Origin: Rhizophagus irregularis
Taxonomy: Eukaryota
Assembly (NCBI RefSeq): GCF_026210795.1
Contig: NC_089433.1
Location: 4,650,001-4,714,000 of the forward strand
Direction: 5' to 3'
DNA: 64,000 nucleotides
Of this stretch, positions 28,711 through 43,016 are shown piece by piece (position 1 is the stretch's first letter; each line of letters starts with the position of its first letter). The notes under the pieces were generated by a model. That model saw only the letters and a program-made list of their open reading frames with translations. It had not been told where the DNA came from and searched no databases. The translations under genes and the position numbers were made by a program.

Positions 28711-29183
28711 CGTTTAATCCGGTCCGTAAATAAATGGATTATCCGGATGACCATCCGAATGAATTTCATATAAAAATTCGGATGACCGATCCGTAAATAA
28801 CGGATGATCCGGATAACTAGGACCCCGAAATATATATGTAGAGGTCAGGTCCAGTAGTGGTCCAAAATACGCATTCTTTCAGGGCCGGAATTACGATAAT
28901 TTCAGCCATTATCTAAATTAGGAAATATTATTTTGGCTGGGATTATCCATAAAAGGAATGATCTACATGATTTTTTTGACTCATTATACGCAAAACCCTT
29001 TTATGTATATTTCGGGGTCCTGGATAACCATCCGAATGGATCCGTTTAATACTATAAACCAAACGGATAGATCCGGATTTATATACAGAAATAGCAGATG
29101 ACACCTTCATCTGGATCCAGATGGTTTCGAATCGGATAAATCCACGGATTCGCGGATTGACGGATTGACGGATCGCAACACTA
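28711..29183. mobile_element. hAT-like non-autonomous element end rich in ATCCG/CGGAT subterminal repeats, interrupted by a nested MITE
   Basis: Many ATCCG/CGGAT motifs; terminus GGATCGCAACACTA (reverse complement TAGTGTTGCGATCC) at 29183. Confidence 0.6.
28818..29022. mobile_element. 205-bp MITE with 20-bp TIRs and 6-bp target-site duplication GATAAC
   Basis: Left TAGGACCCCGAAATATATAT vs reverse complement of right CAGGACCCCGAAATATACAT (18/20). GATAAC at 28812-28817 and 29023-29028. Removing it restores ATCCGGATAACCATCCGAAT, a near-copy of the host motif at 28741. Confidence 0.85.
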
Positions 29184-30013
29184 CAGTGAAAACAGCGATA
29201 ATTTGTCTTTTCAGTATAAAGTTAAGAATACTATTACTATTCCTTATTGTCTAATTGTATATATTTCACTGCAATGAGTTCCAAACTTAGCTGATTGTAG
29301 TTACATTAAAAATATTTAAAATTCTCTTTTTACATTTTCGGGAATTCTGAAAATTATTTTGGAATATTGCTGATGAACTAAATTGTTGGAATGCACTTTA
29401 TTGACACATGTGATAGATCAATGTATCATTGAGTTATTTCGATACTAATAAAGAAATCTATTATAAATTGTTGGAATATTCAATATAAAACTTTTAATAT
29501 TTTCTTATTACATTCGTAATATTTCATAAAAAAGTTTTTTTTCGATTCGTATTTGGTCAAAATATACGTTGTGGGTTTATATTAGAATAAATGATTTATT
29601 ATCATGCTGTAATTCCGTTCTGTAATTACGACCGACGCTATAAATTTTTATATCTGAAAACTATTAAGAATTAGAACTATTAATACCTATATTTTACACT
29701 AGTAAGTTGGCGTGGCCTATTCAAGTAAATCATTCATTATCAAGTAGTTAATTGCATGCGTTCACAATTAATTTAATAATTAAAAAAATGAGAAATAAAT
29801 ATCTATTTATTACAACAAAATTTGAAAACATTTTATAAATAAGTCTATTTAATAAAAACTAAACGCTTATACATAAACAATTTCTTTGATAGTATAATCT
29901 ATGATGAAAGTGTGTTCGTTAGATCTTAAAAGATTGAATTTAAATACATACGTCTAAAAAAGAACGTAAATTTCGTTTAAATCTAAAATATTTTATATAG
30001 TATGATATTATAT

Positions 30014-31728
30014 TTAAGCAATGCCATCATCATCATTTTCAGACAATCTAATTTTTTTCGTATCTTCATCTAAATAAATAATTAAAGATTAATAATATAG
30101 ATCATAGGTTAATCAATAATAAAATTGATTATAAGAAGAATCACCTTCAATCAAATTATTATCAAGTCTCCTTTTATCTTCTAAAGGAAAGATAAAAAAA
30201 TAATAAATAAAATATAAGATAAAAATTATTAGTAATGATAGGAAATAAATCAACACATTAAATAATAAATAAAAAACTACCATTAAAAGATCCTTCATCA
30301 CTTTGGTATGAGTCTAATAAAATATTTAAAATATTTCTTTAAAAAAAGATATTAATCATTTAAAATGAATATAAATGTAAAATATTTACCAATTTCTGTT
30401 AAGCTTCTTGTAGATTCTGTAGACATTATTAAACTCAAAGAATTGCTTTCATATATACCACTTGGATTATTTATTGTTACAGGTCCAATATCTGATGATT
30501 TTATAATTTTAGTTGGATTGCTTTCATGATAATTATCAGATTCTATAAGCAAAATATTTTTAATTTTGGATTCTATTTCAGTAATTGTTGGTCTTTTCGT
30601 TGGATCGTGATGCCAACACATTTGCATTAAATCAATATAACCTTCTGGTGCATTTGTGACAATTGGTGGTCGTAAGCCATCACATATTTCATGAATAAGT
30701 TCTATATCATGGTCTCTATCCCATAAAGGCCTTCTACCTGTCATTAATTCCCACATGATCATACCAAATCCATATATATCTGAAGCTTTAGTATATATCG
30801 GCTTTACAAAATTTTCTGGAGCAAAAAATGGAATAACCCCATAAATTTCATTACTATCATCATGTACTAATGCTGATTTGCTTAATCCTAAATCACCTAT
30901 TATTGCAACGTTATTTTCAAGAAAGACATTTCCATCACGAATATCTCCATGGATTATATTTGCATTATGCAAATTTTTAAGTCCAAGTACAATATAGTTC
31001 AATATATTTAACTTATCTAACCAACTATGATTAAAAAAATCGTTGAGTAAATAATGTGTTAAATCTCCTGATTCATAATATTTAATAATTATCGCAAAAT
31101 CTTTAGTAATAGGGTCTTGAGTAATACCATAACATTTATTAACGTATGGATAATAACCATCATTATCATACGGGTCATAACTAGTCATTGATTGTGTAAA
31201 ATTATAAAATATCTTAAGCTAAAATTAAAATTAGAAATGTTATTCATAATATTATAGTAAGTAATATTTAAACCTCATAATCGAGAAATACCGTACCTCA
31301 TTTAAACCTCTGGAATTTATGTTTTTAGTATTATGAAGTTTCTTGAGTACAACCTTCATCTCACCATAACTATCATATTTTAGTTTTTTATGATTCCAAT
31401 AAGAAATTGGTCCATCAATCCAAGTGGCCTTGTAAACTTTACTAAATCCTCCTTCAGCGATAAATTCTATATCTTTAAATCTATCATAAGGAACAAATTC
31501 CATTTTCCCAGCCATTTCATTACGATTGGTTAGAGTGTGTTTAATAAAATCATCAACTACTTTATTTCCACTTGGTATAAACGCTGTCATCGGTTTGTAA
31601 CATGATTTACAAATTTGAAATTCATTTAAATATTTTCTTTTTCGATTACATCCATTACATTTCTTAAATTCATTAAGCACGTTGTGTATTGACGTAATTT
31701 TTGGCTTTTTGCTAGTTAATTGTTCCAT
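30014..31728 (-). CDS. TKL protein kinase, copy 2 (tandem paralog); main exons 31728-31297 and 31218-30390, small 3' exons tentative
   Basis: Same intron positions as copy 1; IAEGGFSKVYKATW, HGDIRDGNVFL, GDLG, PFFAPE, DIYGFGMIMWE, CWHHDPTKRP. Confidence 0.92.
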
Positions 31729-34229
31729 GCTATTTATAAGTATATAATATTAATTTTTTTTTAAAAAAAAAAAAGTTTTCAGGTGTTGGAAGGATTTTTA
31801 AATAAAATAAATAAAAGAATAATAAATAAATAAAAAAGAGAGTAATTACGCCAAATTTCCAAAACTGTTAATTTATATTTATTTTCGGGTAAAAAAAAAA
31901 GTGATTGACATATTGCATACTCTGGAATTCCACGAAAGAAGGATATTCTAATAAGTATGTTCTTTTTTTTTGACATTTTCACAATAAAAAGCTATTTTTC
32001 ATTAAAAGATTGTGCGGCTAATAACAAATTTGGTAAATCATATTTAATGGCAAAAATATCAAACCTATATGCACATTGTCAATCTGAATGAATAAAGGAT
32101 ATTATGTTATTTATGTAATAGGGAATTTTTAAAAAAGCAAATGCAAATGGGTGATTAAGTGATGTCAACTCAACCAATGTAGCAACAATATTGCAAAATT
32201 CGAAATGATCGGCATGCTGCGGAAAATTTGGTGACGTTACTAAAGGTTCCGGAAACCGTTGAGAGTCCGGAGCTCGATTAGTATGGTTACGCCTATAGAT
32301 ACTAAAAATATTTGACAATAATAAATATATACGTATAGTGAATGTATTATAATTGAAATAAGCGATTTGCAAGATAATTGAAGTAAATCGATGTTCTTAT
32401 TACGTTAATATATCATCAATCAATAAACAACTTCTTAAACTCGGGAAATAATATTTAGACTCCTAAAAAAGGCGAGAGAAACAGGAAACGTAAATTTAGA
32501 ATTTGTTTTACTATCACGCAGTTACTAATCACTTACTATAGTGTCACGTGAGCAAGAGGCATAAGCTTGGCCACATGGTGGATTTAGTGGATTGTTATAA
32601 ATACTCTCAAAAACATTTGCAACGTTTTTTGAGGTAATCACAAATGCGTCTTTACAATAAAACGCAATGTCTATAATGGTCAAACACTACATATTTTTCC
32701 GCTTATTTTGTCGTAGGATAATTTGAGCAAATCACACTGAAGAGCAAGAGATGTCCAGAATATTTTGCTAAATGACACCGGGTACTTTCTTCGCGGAGAG
32801 CGATATATTTAATGTTCGCCTGATTTTTAATCATTTTGAATAACATGTAATGAAATGTTATATCGATCGCGTTTTCTGTAGTTTTTTAGCGTTTTTCGGG
32901 CCTGCCGCATAAAAATATCGGCCATATTCTTATTATTTCTCTGGTGTCTTGGCATGTCTAGTAATGAATGGGTAATACTAGTCATAATATACGGTAAATT
33001 TCTTGGGATATACCTATTATCTCAATTTTCATAGGTGGAGATGGATTAAAATCTAGAATTCATCCTTAATACACAAATTTCAAAAGGGTAGAAACGAATG
33101 AAAAATACACAGAATATTTTGGAAGGAATATGGTCGATCGCCAGAAAGAAGTTGCTGATTTAAAAAGACAAAATAGTGAGTTTCGAAAAAAAAATCTAAA
33201 CTAATATGTATCCAATTAGCTAGTGCTTGAAAGATTTTCTGTTGATGATTGGACTCATTGAAGAAAATGATGTCCAAAAGGAGCTTGAAAGTATGTCATA
33301 AAATGTTACGTTCAAGGTCTATAAATGACGCTTTACCGCAACATTGTCTGGATAAATCAGACATACGAACTCATGCAGAAAGAATGCATGACATAATATT
33401 TTTCCACATAGTTCGCAACTAACTCGCAACGAGACACAATGTGATGTAGACCGAATCCACCATACATTATGGTTGATGACATGAGATCAGATTAGTAGAA
33501 TGGGATAGATTTCGGATGGAAAAGAAGACTTTTATAGTTAGAAAAAGGTGAGGTTTTACTAGTAATTTCAACACAGGCTACTATAATAATCATACCAACA
33601 TTTTGGTTGGTAATCTCATATACTTACAAGGCAAGCAAAAGGCACAAGTGACCACTGGATACTTTCAACCTACAAAAATTAAACCGATAAAAACCGATAA
33701 ATTTTAATATATCGGGCGAACAAGGAAGTGTGTTACCGTTTTCAGAACCAAAACGTTTAATTAGATTATATAGTACAACAGCAGCTTGTCCAATTTTCAT
33801 GAATTAGTAAACTAGAATCTAAATACTAAATTTGTGATAAAGCTATTAAGACAAACGAAATAATGAAAGTTTAATTATCAAGTTCAATAATTTGCGTATT
33901 ACTAGAAATCGCTCAAAATGGCCATACAAATCTCACCGCGCCAGCATTAGCAAATATTAATGGGCAGAGTTTCATGACATTTTTAATTCTGCCCAAAATT
34001 CTACTCTAATTCTGGTAAGGTGACAATCACAAGCAGTGATATTTAGCAATACTCAAAAAATAATATCCATAAAAAGAGGTTAATTCGTAACACACGATGA
34101 GACTATCGTCCATCTTTATCATTTATAAATTACTGGCGACATAATTTTAATGAAGATGAAGAAGATTACTGCAGCTCTGGTGATTCTGACAATTGCGACA
34201 ATTTTCTAAAAAAAAAGAAGTTACTAATT

Positions 34230-34520
34230 GATAAAGACAATGACGTGGCTGTGGTTCAAATAATTCATGGTGTTCCTTGTCCTCATAAGCATCAAGAACT
34301 TTTAGCAATGATTTTATAGAGTCCCCATCTAATATTCTTAGTTCGGATCCTTATAAACATCCAAATATTTACTCTCCGCAACATGACTTAATTATTGAAA
34401 TTCGAGGTATTCAACAAGAACGTTATGTATGGAAATTTATCAAACAAGAACAAGAAGAACTCTGTGAAGATAATTGGATCCTTTTGGTAGAAGAATGGTA
34501 CTATGAAGTCTAACCCCTAT
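34230..34520 (+). pseudogene. Decayed zinc-ribbon/Vsr-like (PD-(D/E)XK) endonuclease gene fragment
   Basis: HPNIYSPQHDLIIEIRGIQQERYVWKFIKQ..EELCEDNWILLVEEWYYE resembles the D.Y.P....AIE.QG.QH...K.ELC...I.L..VWY pattern; frameshifts and stops present. Confidence 0.5.
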
Positions 34521-37500
34521 TTGTAAGTACCATATAATTGTTTTATTAATTTTTTTCGTTTATATATAAACTAAAATTTCTCTCTTTTATAATCGCGTCG
34601 AACACTACTAATAATTTCGGCTAGTGAATATAAAATGTATTACAATTCACTAATAACAAACATTACGAAATCCTTCATCCGAATAAAAACAATTTCACTA
34701 TCCGGATATTCGGTGAAATCCTCCTTCAGGAGGACCATTTTCAATGGTATTGAGTGATCAAACTGAACATGATATTAATGAATTTTTTCCTATTGCAACA
34801 AAAATTACTATTAAGATCAGATTTATTAGTATTATGAATATTATTTTGTGGTCTCTTTTTTTAGTGGTGTTTATTATAACGGCAACAGTCTTTTTATCTT
34901 AAATATAGTTAGCACATAATTTTTAAACAAAGTTCTCATAGTTTTCTTATTATACTCTTTAGATTTTACTAGACGAATTAGGAAAAAACTTGGTTATTTT
35001 TTTCATTAAGAGCAATGATTTAGATTTAGATTTAAAGTTATACTGTAAATCAATAATAATAACCATAATGGCATAATCCTAATCATAATTAATCAAATTA
35101 TAGATAAATATACAAATTTATTACAAATAACACGATCGCATTAATCATGTAAAAACAGATATCTGATATTGGCGCCTTTTATAATTTTTATAATTACAGT
35201 TAGATCTCGATATATATTAAAACTGAGAACACATATAAATATTAACACATCACTCTTTTAATTTTTGCATGATTTTTTATTTTGCTGATTAATTTTTTCA
35301 ATTATATGCCTTATTTTCTTTACTGAAAATAAACCAAATAAGCTAATTTTTATTTTATTTTTTAATCAAATGTTTAAGAAAAAGTTTTCCCTTCTAATAA
35401 CAGTTCATATCACCCTTTCTATAGAAAATTTTTATATAGTGAATAACTTGCTATAATGAAGAAAAGTTCAGATACAGATTTGTTTTATATGATAATAATA
35501 TGACCCTCAGTATAGTGAATTTCTCACTATAATAAATTTTAATCTCCGGCCAATGGGATTCACTGTATGGACTATTTTAAGAAGAACTGACCTAAAAATT
35601 GGAAATATATAAGTTATTACAAATAACAATTAATATTTGAAGAAGAGTTTAAGATATCTTTTGGTAAAGAATCAGAATGTCTTAAAGAATGTTTAAATAC
35701 TTTCAAGCAAAGACAATAATGAAGAAATTCAACTTCATACAGAAATTCAGAAGTTACAAAAATTTTTACAAAAAATGTTATTCTTTTATATATACCTTAT
35801 GGTTCCAGGCACAGCTTTTCTGTTACACTATGAAAGTTTTTTGAACACCTATTGAAAGATCTGTCATTTCTGGAGACTATGTACCTTTCTTACAATAGTC
35901 AAAGAAGTTTTGTAGTATTTAATGGAGAGCTTCGTAGCATTAGATTCCATTTACTACTAGGGGATCTATCATGGTATGAAATAAAAGTTGCTAGTAGAAA
36001 AGTACCTTCTACTGGCCTTTTATGATCTGAAGTAATGAAGAGAAAATCTCTTCATACATATTTAAAGAAATCTATTCTGGAACTAAAATTAATTTTTCTA
36101 TAATTTTATGAAAACTTACCATTGCTTTATTGTGATGAAAATCTGCTTCTTTAGGTTTTACAGATTCTTTATTCAATTGCCTATCAATTGGGGGAACATT
36201 TATTTTAATGTTCAATAGCACAATACTTGACCTTCATGTATTTATATTAATGATCAAAATCATCACAAAATATAAATTATTAATGTTTATTCTCAAAAAA
36301 ATTAATTTTCTCCATAAAAATCGCTATTTTTTAATTTGAAGAAAATATATTAAAGATTTTTCTGCCTCTATAATTCGGTTAGTTCGGAGATAAACATGAA
36401 TTCTCAGATGTAATGGAGGATTAATTTCGTGTGTGATATTTTATTGTTGCATCTATATTAAAAGTAAAAGAAAATAATCAAAGAAATATTAGTATTGTTA
36501 CTTTAACAAATATTCGAAAATAGGGATTTTTTTTTACATTTCAAAAAACGTCATAACATCGTTCGTATAAGAAGTCCGGCTAAATAAATATCCCAAAAAA
36601 ATTTTTCTGGCATAAGTCAAATAATTATTGATACAATATATAATCTTTGGTTGAATTCCTTTTTAATTAAAAATATATAATACTTGATTTTGCTTTAAGA
36701 TATAGTAGACGTATAGGTTAGTTTATAATTTCACCGAAAAAATGATCAATGAATTGATAAACACAGGATTACATTTAAAAAATAATATATTACGGTTATA
36801 TGAAACGCCTAAAACACTTCCTCAACCATATTTCTATTGCCTCCTCGGTCCTTTCATCATACCGAGTACTCGAAGGTAAACAAAAGATCCAATGGATTAT
36901 AGCTAAATCTTTAAGCTTCTCAAATAGGTTGTCATATTTTTTCCATCTTGTCCGTCGAATTTCATCCACAACTAATGATGATTATGATGACGTAACAAAA
37001 ATAATTTCTTAAGGCTCCATGTTCGAGCAGCGTCTTGTGAAATTGTGTTACAAATGTTTTAAAGAGTCGAATTATGGTGAAAAAGTGTCTAGGACAAAAT
37101 TAAATCGCGGTATCATCCTAATTTTCATGAATCCTATTGTTTCTGGAGACCCTTCAACCCATTTCATTATTCATAATCGTTAGAACGTGACAGACCATGG
37201 TGGTCCAACATAATACAGAGAAAAAATACTATAGATCATGCCGAAAGCTATGCTCTTCATCATGTAAGATAATACCAATAGTCATAAACTGAAGGGCAGT
37301 GTTCCAGTTCGGTGATATTGTACTGATCTATTTTCGTTATTGGATTTATAGATTAAGAAATACTGTGGAAGAGAATCAAAGTAATTAATTAGTATTTCTC
37401 ATATTACTCACATTCTCGCATCCCAATATGCGAAAGATTTGCCAGAAATATAGAAATTCTTGAAGGAGTGCTTTATTGTTATAATAATAGAAATATATCG

Positions 37501-37808
37501 TAAAAAGCAATTACAAAGTTGCAAGAAAATAAATACGATTTTTCTATCCTACTAACACTTTATCAAATTTTTTTAAATGAACTAAGTTTTATCGATTCTT
37601 TGCCAGCGATCCTTAAAAGCAGTCTGAGGCATAATAACTCAATCGATCAAGCATAGCAACGGTATCGCTGGTGTCAATAGGAATCTGAAAATCGTTACTA
37701 ATAGGGCCTTCATTTACACCTACAGCATAATAGTATGAAGCAATCTCAGATATAGTAATATTTAAACTATATCACAGCTATTTGTGATTGCAATTGATTA
37801 TTTCTTTT

Positions 37809-38072
37809 TTATTTTTTCTTACCGTTCACTTTTTTGCTTGGATATCTAATTTTCTTACATTCTTCAACATCGTTGCAACAGATAGCATTCGTTCTATGCA
37901 TAAAATCCGGGAGAATTACACATAAATTTATAGCACAACCAAAAAAACCCGGTCCACTACAAGTCATATCTCCACATGGCGTGAAAAAACATGATTGTTT
38001 CATGGGCACGGGTTCAACATTGTTTATTGAGATTAAACCTAATAAAGGTATGATTAATTTAGTTACTTTCAT
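37809..38072 (-). CDS. Small secreted cysteine-rich protein (87 aa, 8 Cys), candidate effector
   Basis: MKVTKLIIPLLGLIS signal-like N-terminus; C-x4-C-x4-C-x7-C-x4-C-x13-CC-x5-C; basic tail; A-rich start context. Confidence 0.65.
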   Translation of the reverse strand: MKVTKLIIPLLGLISINNVEPVPMKQSCFFTPCGDMTCSGPGFFGCAINLCVILPDFMHRTNAICCNDVEECKKIRYPSKKVNGKKK

Positions 38073-40822
38073 GTTTAATTTTTATTAAACTTATAAACAA
38101 TTAGAGGGAGGGTAAATTTCGACAAAATACTTTTCTCAAAAATTTCATTATTTAGAAATCTGTAAAAAAATACCAAGAAATATATGTATAATACATGGGA
38201 CCATTTTCGTGAAGATATGGTTAGGTTAATGCAGCATGTATATCGTACCTTAATAGCACAATTGACCCGTTTAGAACTTTTCTCCTGGAATATTTCACGT
38301 TCATACTGTTCATACCTTCCATTTCATTACACACTTCTTTTAACCATTTAGGATATATGTTCATTTTTTTCCGAAAAAAGGCTGCTTTACCTCATAAATT
38401 AGGATAAATAATAAATCACATAGGAAACAATCGTTACGCCAACGTCAATGATTTTTTCAAGCTTACTTTTGCCGCACATGAATATATGTATTGACCATTC
38501 ATTTCATTTCTGTAATCCAACTATAATAATTATTTCGGACTAACTACTGTGAACTATGCCAGATGTGAAAATAAATCAAACGAAGCCTAGTTTATTAAAT
38601 TTAAAATTGAATTCTTACATGATGATGACTGCACAATCAAAAATTGTACGAGATACATATTCGTTACATGATGTATCCACACATTATCTATACTGTATAC
38701 CCTTGGAGATATTGTTAGGTCAGTTCTTTAACGCTTAAAAGTATTAAGCAATTATGTAAGCAGAAGGTTTATATATAATAAACGGTATACAGTATAATTA
38801 CACAGTATATCGAAAAATATCCAATCAGACGTGTAGTATAGCGCATTTGTGGACCTTTCATTCCTTTATTATTAAAATTTATGTACTGTATAAAAAACAA
38901 ATACATTGGATTTTCAATAATAACTAAAGCAGGTATAATGATATTCACGCCCCTGAATATTTATAGCCTGAATTGCAAAATTATAATGTATTGTAAGTAT
39001 GAATCATACGCCAAAAAGAAATAAAATCATGGTAAAATATTCTTTTAAAAAATCTTGGCGCAATAATTGATAATCTAAATAAAGATCAAGGTTTATTAAT
39101 TAACATATAAAGTCAATGATTAAGATCTCAAATCTCAACACATTCTCGAGATTTGTATCTCAGATGCATTTTACAATTGGAAGATTCAACATAAATAACA
39201 TGTGAAACTAACATATTTTTCATTCAAAAGCTTCCCAAAAAGTGCATATTTCAGTTATTGCAACAAGAAACTAATACTTTCACTAGAGATAACTGTTTCC
39301 TATCTAGATATTTAGATACATTTTTTTCAGTTGGAGAAAATCCCTCTTTTCTTAACAAAACCCATTCTCTTTCTTTAAAAAGAGCCCCTTTTCTCTCTCT
39401 TTTTTTGTAACACTTTTTCTTTCTTTTTCTTCCCACAAAACTAATAAAAAATCACAAAGAATAGTCCTTCAGGACATATTTAGAGTGAAAAAATAACACG
39501 TTTCCTTATAAATATGTATTCAACTTATTTAGTCGTGTTTTCCAAATAATACTTTCGCCAAAACTTAGAAAAAAAACTCGCACAAAGAACACATCAAATC
39601 ACGTATACCCTTTGGAAATAAGATTTGCAATACGTTTTCACTGCATGGTTATCAGATATAACAAGTACTGAATTGAGGAGGTAGCGAAACGAAAAGTATC
39701 TTCATCTACGTTTAAGGCGGGGAAAAACATTCTACCAGCACACATGTCCAAGCGGGAGAAAAACCAAAAGTTGTGAAGCGCAAAAAACTTTTGACACGAA
39801 GTTCAGGCACAATAAGTAGTGGTTCCATCAGTAAGATGTTATAAGTGGGAAGTGTCGTCAGTAAAGAATCGGACTAGAACCCTACTAATACCCTAGTTAT
39901 TGATTAGGTAGTTACGAAAAGAAGATCTATTATTATGACCATTGTTTAGATGTCAACATTTCTTTCATACACTTCAATTTCATATTCCATAATAATCGTT
40001 TGTACAAAATAATCTGCCACTTTTTTTTTAAGATGAGTAAAAAACACCCTTCCGAGTTTAACGCCAAACATATCAAATAAATTTTATTTGATAAATTTAT
40101 TTGTGGATAAATCAGTTTCTTTTTCAAGAAATTGTTTCAATTTATTTAATACTTCGGTATATTTTTTTTCTTTAATCATAAAAAGAAAACATCCCGTTAT
40201 TTTGGCTGATTATATTTGATTTTGTTAAATCATATAAATGATATGACGACGCTACGACCTGCTGCAACCTACTCAGATCAAACTTCTTTTGTGCCGATGA
40301 CAAATTACGAATTTTTAGAAAAATATTAGTGGAATAAGAGGATATCGGTTCTCAATTCAAGAATAAGCCCTTTTCTCAGATTCTCAGATTCTAGGATCAT
40401 GATCTGTCGTGTTGATTTTGACAAAATTGACGAGTCAATCAATTATCTTTGTTATTTCTTTCTGGTCTGAGCAATCTGATCTAAGCTATCTCTCGTTACA
40501 ATTGGTCATTCGTTAGATTTTATGAGAATTTTCGCTAGTACTTTTTTTATTACTGATATAGTGGGATATTAAAATTGATGCGTGTTAAATTTCTTTTAAT
40601 CATTGATCATTTAAATCATCAGTCCTCCACATAACATTCTTTTAGTTAACTAAAGAATAAAGTTGAACATAGATTAACGAGACAAATTCTTCAAGAAACT
40701 TCACTTTTTTATTGAATTATATAGATAACGTGCGCGTGAAATCCCTTACAAATATGCAATAAAAAAAATGTAATAAATATTATATTTCCTTCTCGATCAT
40801 TTTTTCTCAAATCCATCTTCTT

Positions 40823-42486
40823 TTAAAAAGTGAACTTAATTCTTTGATGTTTACTTAAATTATCTTGCATAGCTACACTTACTCCATAACAATTCTTTGC
40901 AATAACCTCCTTCAAATTTTCTAGTCGATCACATAAATCTTGTAAAACCCTATCATCCATATCATAAACTAAACTAATATCTAAATATTCCAAATTTTTA
41001 CACCAATAAGAAATTTGTTTCAAATTTTTATCTGAAATTTCACAATTATCTAATACCAATTTTCTAATCTTAGAACAAGATCTTTCCTCGTTAGAAGAAG
41101 GAGGAAGTAAATCAATTGATGATGATACTTCCAAAATTTTACTACTAGTAAATGAAGCGTATTCTATTTGACTCGATTTGATTATAGAAAGAAAACTTTT
41201 TCCCGATATCTGTAATAAATAATTAAGATAAATAATTTTTAATCGAGGACAATAACTTAAGAAATCAGAAATTTCATCATCAATCAAATAACATCCACTT
41301 AAGTCAATAAACAAGAGTTTCCTGCATCCTCGCCCGATAGTCCTTAAACCTAACCTTGTAATTAAACTAAATGATAAAGAAAGATAAACAAGATTTGGAC
41401 AATGTCGTGAAATTATATTTGTAGCTTCATCGGTAAGCTTTGGATTACTGATTCCCAAATCCAATTTACGCAAACTTGGAATCTGTGAAATAATATTTTT
41501 GACAATTAAATCGGATGTAAAGCTGGAATGCATATATAATTTTCGTAATCCTTGAAGGTTTTTTACCATGGGGATTAAAGAAATTGCTCGAGTATTTAAA
41601 CAATGTGATATTGTGAGCGACGTGAGTTCCTTGCATCTATTTACCAAGCTTTGTAACGCATTTGGAGTGATGATAACGCAAAAACTAGGAAAAAGAAAAA
41701 AAAATCAGAAATCGGAAAAAAATAATAAAAAAAAATTTTTTTTTAATAAATTTCATTAAATATTACTCACCCTATATTTAACGTGGTAAGTTTAGAACAT
41801 CTCATTTCAATCCAATACAATGATCGATTCGTGAGACTTGTACATCCGAATAATTTTAATTTCTTTAAGTGATGACATGATTTCGTTAATTTTTCAATTA
41901 CCCTATCAGTAACTGTATAACAATTATAAAAATTAACGTTCTCAAGATTTGGTATGTTTGGAAAAAGGTCGCGAAGCATTTCCTCAGTGATAAGATTTTT
42001 TCTGTGAATTCTCGATAAATCAAGTTTTTTAACAAAATATCCATAAAATTTTGTTGAATAAAAATAAGTCGGTTTTGTAAAAGAAATTTGGGCCCCTACA
42101 TCTTTTTCTTCTTCTTCTTCGTATTCTTCTTCTGAAGTTCTTGAAATGGGAGACTTTATTACGTTCAAATATGCTTTTACAAATCTACTCCAATTATCTA
42201 ACGCTCGATTTCTTCTCGTCTTCGTTATTAGCTGTAATATTTCATGAAATCTTGAAAACGTTTCGAACTTATTAAATTTTACTGTACGCCATATGTAAAA
42301 TGATGTAATTATATGGTGCCATGTTTGATTAACTTGTGCGCATAATAATAAATCTTTAACGGAATCTGAAAAAAAACTAAATATGTTTACGAGAATCTCT
42401 GGCGGTAATAACGACAATGCACCTCCATTTATATCTGCTGCGGTCGTACAGGAACTTATATCTCTCTCATTGTTTGTTACTTCCAT
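40823..42486 (-). CDS. F-box/leucine-rich-repeat protein (~525 aa); exons 42486-41771 and 41684-40823
   Basis: F-box LPPEILVNIFSF...CAQVNQTW and cysteine-containing LRRs (LKKLKLFGCTSLTN, LLFIDLSGCYLIDD). A phase-2 GTGAGT..TAG intron joins the two ORFs in frame. Confidence 0.92.
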
Positions 42487-43016
42487 TAATTTTATAGATA
42501 AAATAAGAAAAAAAGGAACTGAAAAAAAAAAAATTTCCAAAACTGAAATAAAAAAAAAAATTTACAAAAATTTAATTAAATAATTTATCAGCTGATTGAC
42601 GTATTAGTGATACAAATACAAAAACAAGTTGTACATCCCGGAGTAAACCATATATGGCTTGTCTGCTGGTTGTCGTACTTCGTACTTCACTTCATTATGC
42701 CGATTTTATTTTTTTTAATCCTGTAAAGGAATTTTTTTTTTGGAATTTTAAAAATTTTTTTCATACATATTCAAACAAGGAATTAAAGAAATTTTTGTTT
42801 TTTTCGAATATCCTTACTTTTTTATTAAATTACCATACAATTATTTCTTAATTTCTAAATTAAAAAAAATTACTTACCGTAATTGTTATTGTACGTATTA
42901 TTATTAAACAAAATTGGTTTAATTTTTTTTCGTATATTTGTAAATAATAAATAGGAACTTGTTCTATCACCTCTTTTTTGTTTAACAAATTTCCTATATT
43001 TGACCGTAAGGTAATC

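Noticed and set aside
35437..36250. Possible Tc1/mariner MITE (35437-35565) and following decayed coding-like tract
   Set aside because: The TIR match is short and degenerate and the translation has no recognisable motif.
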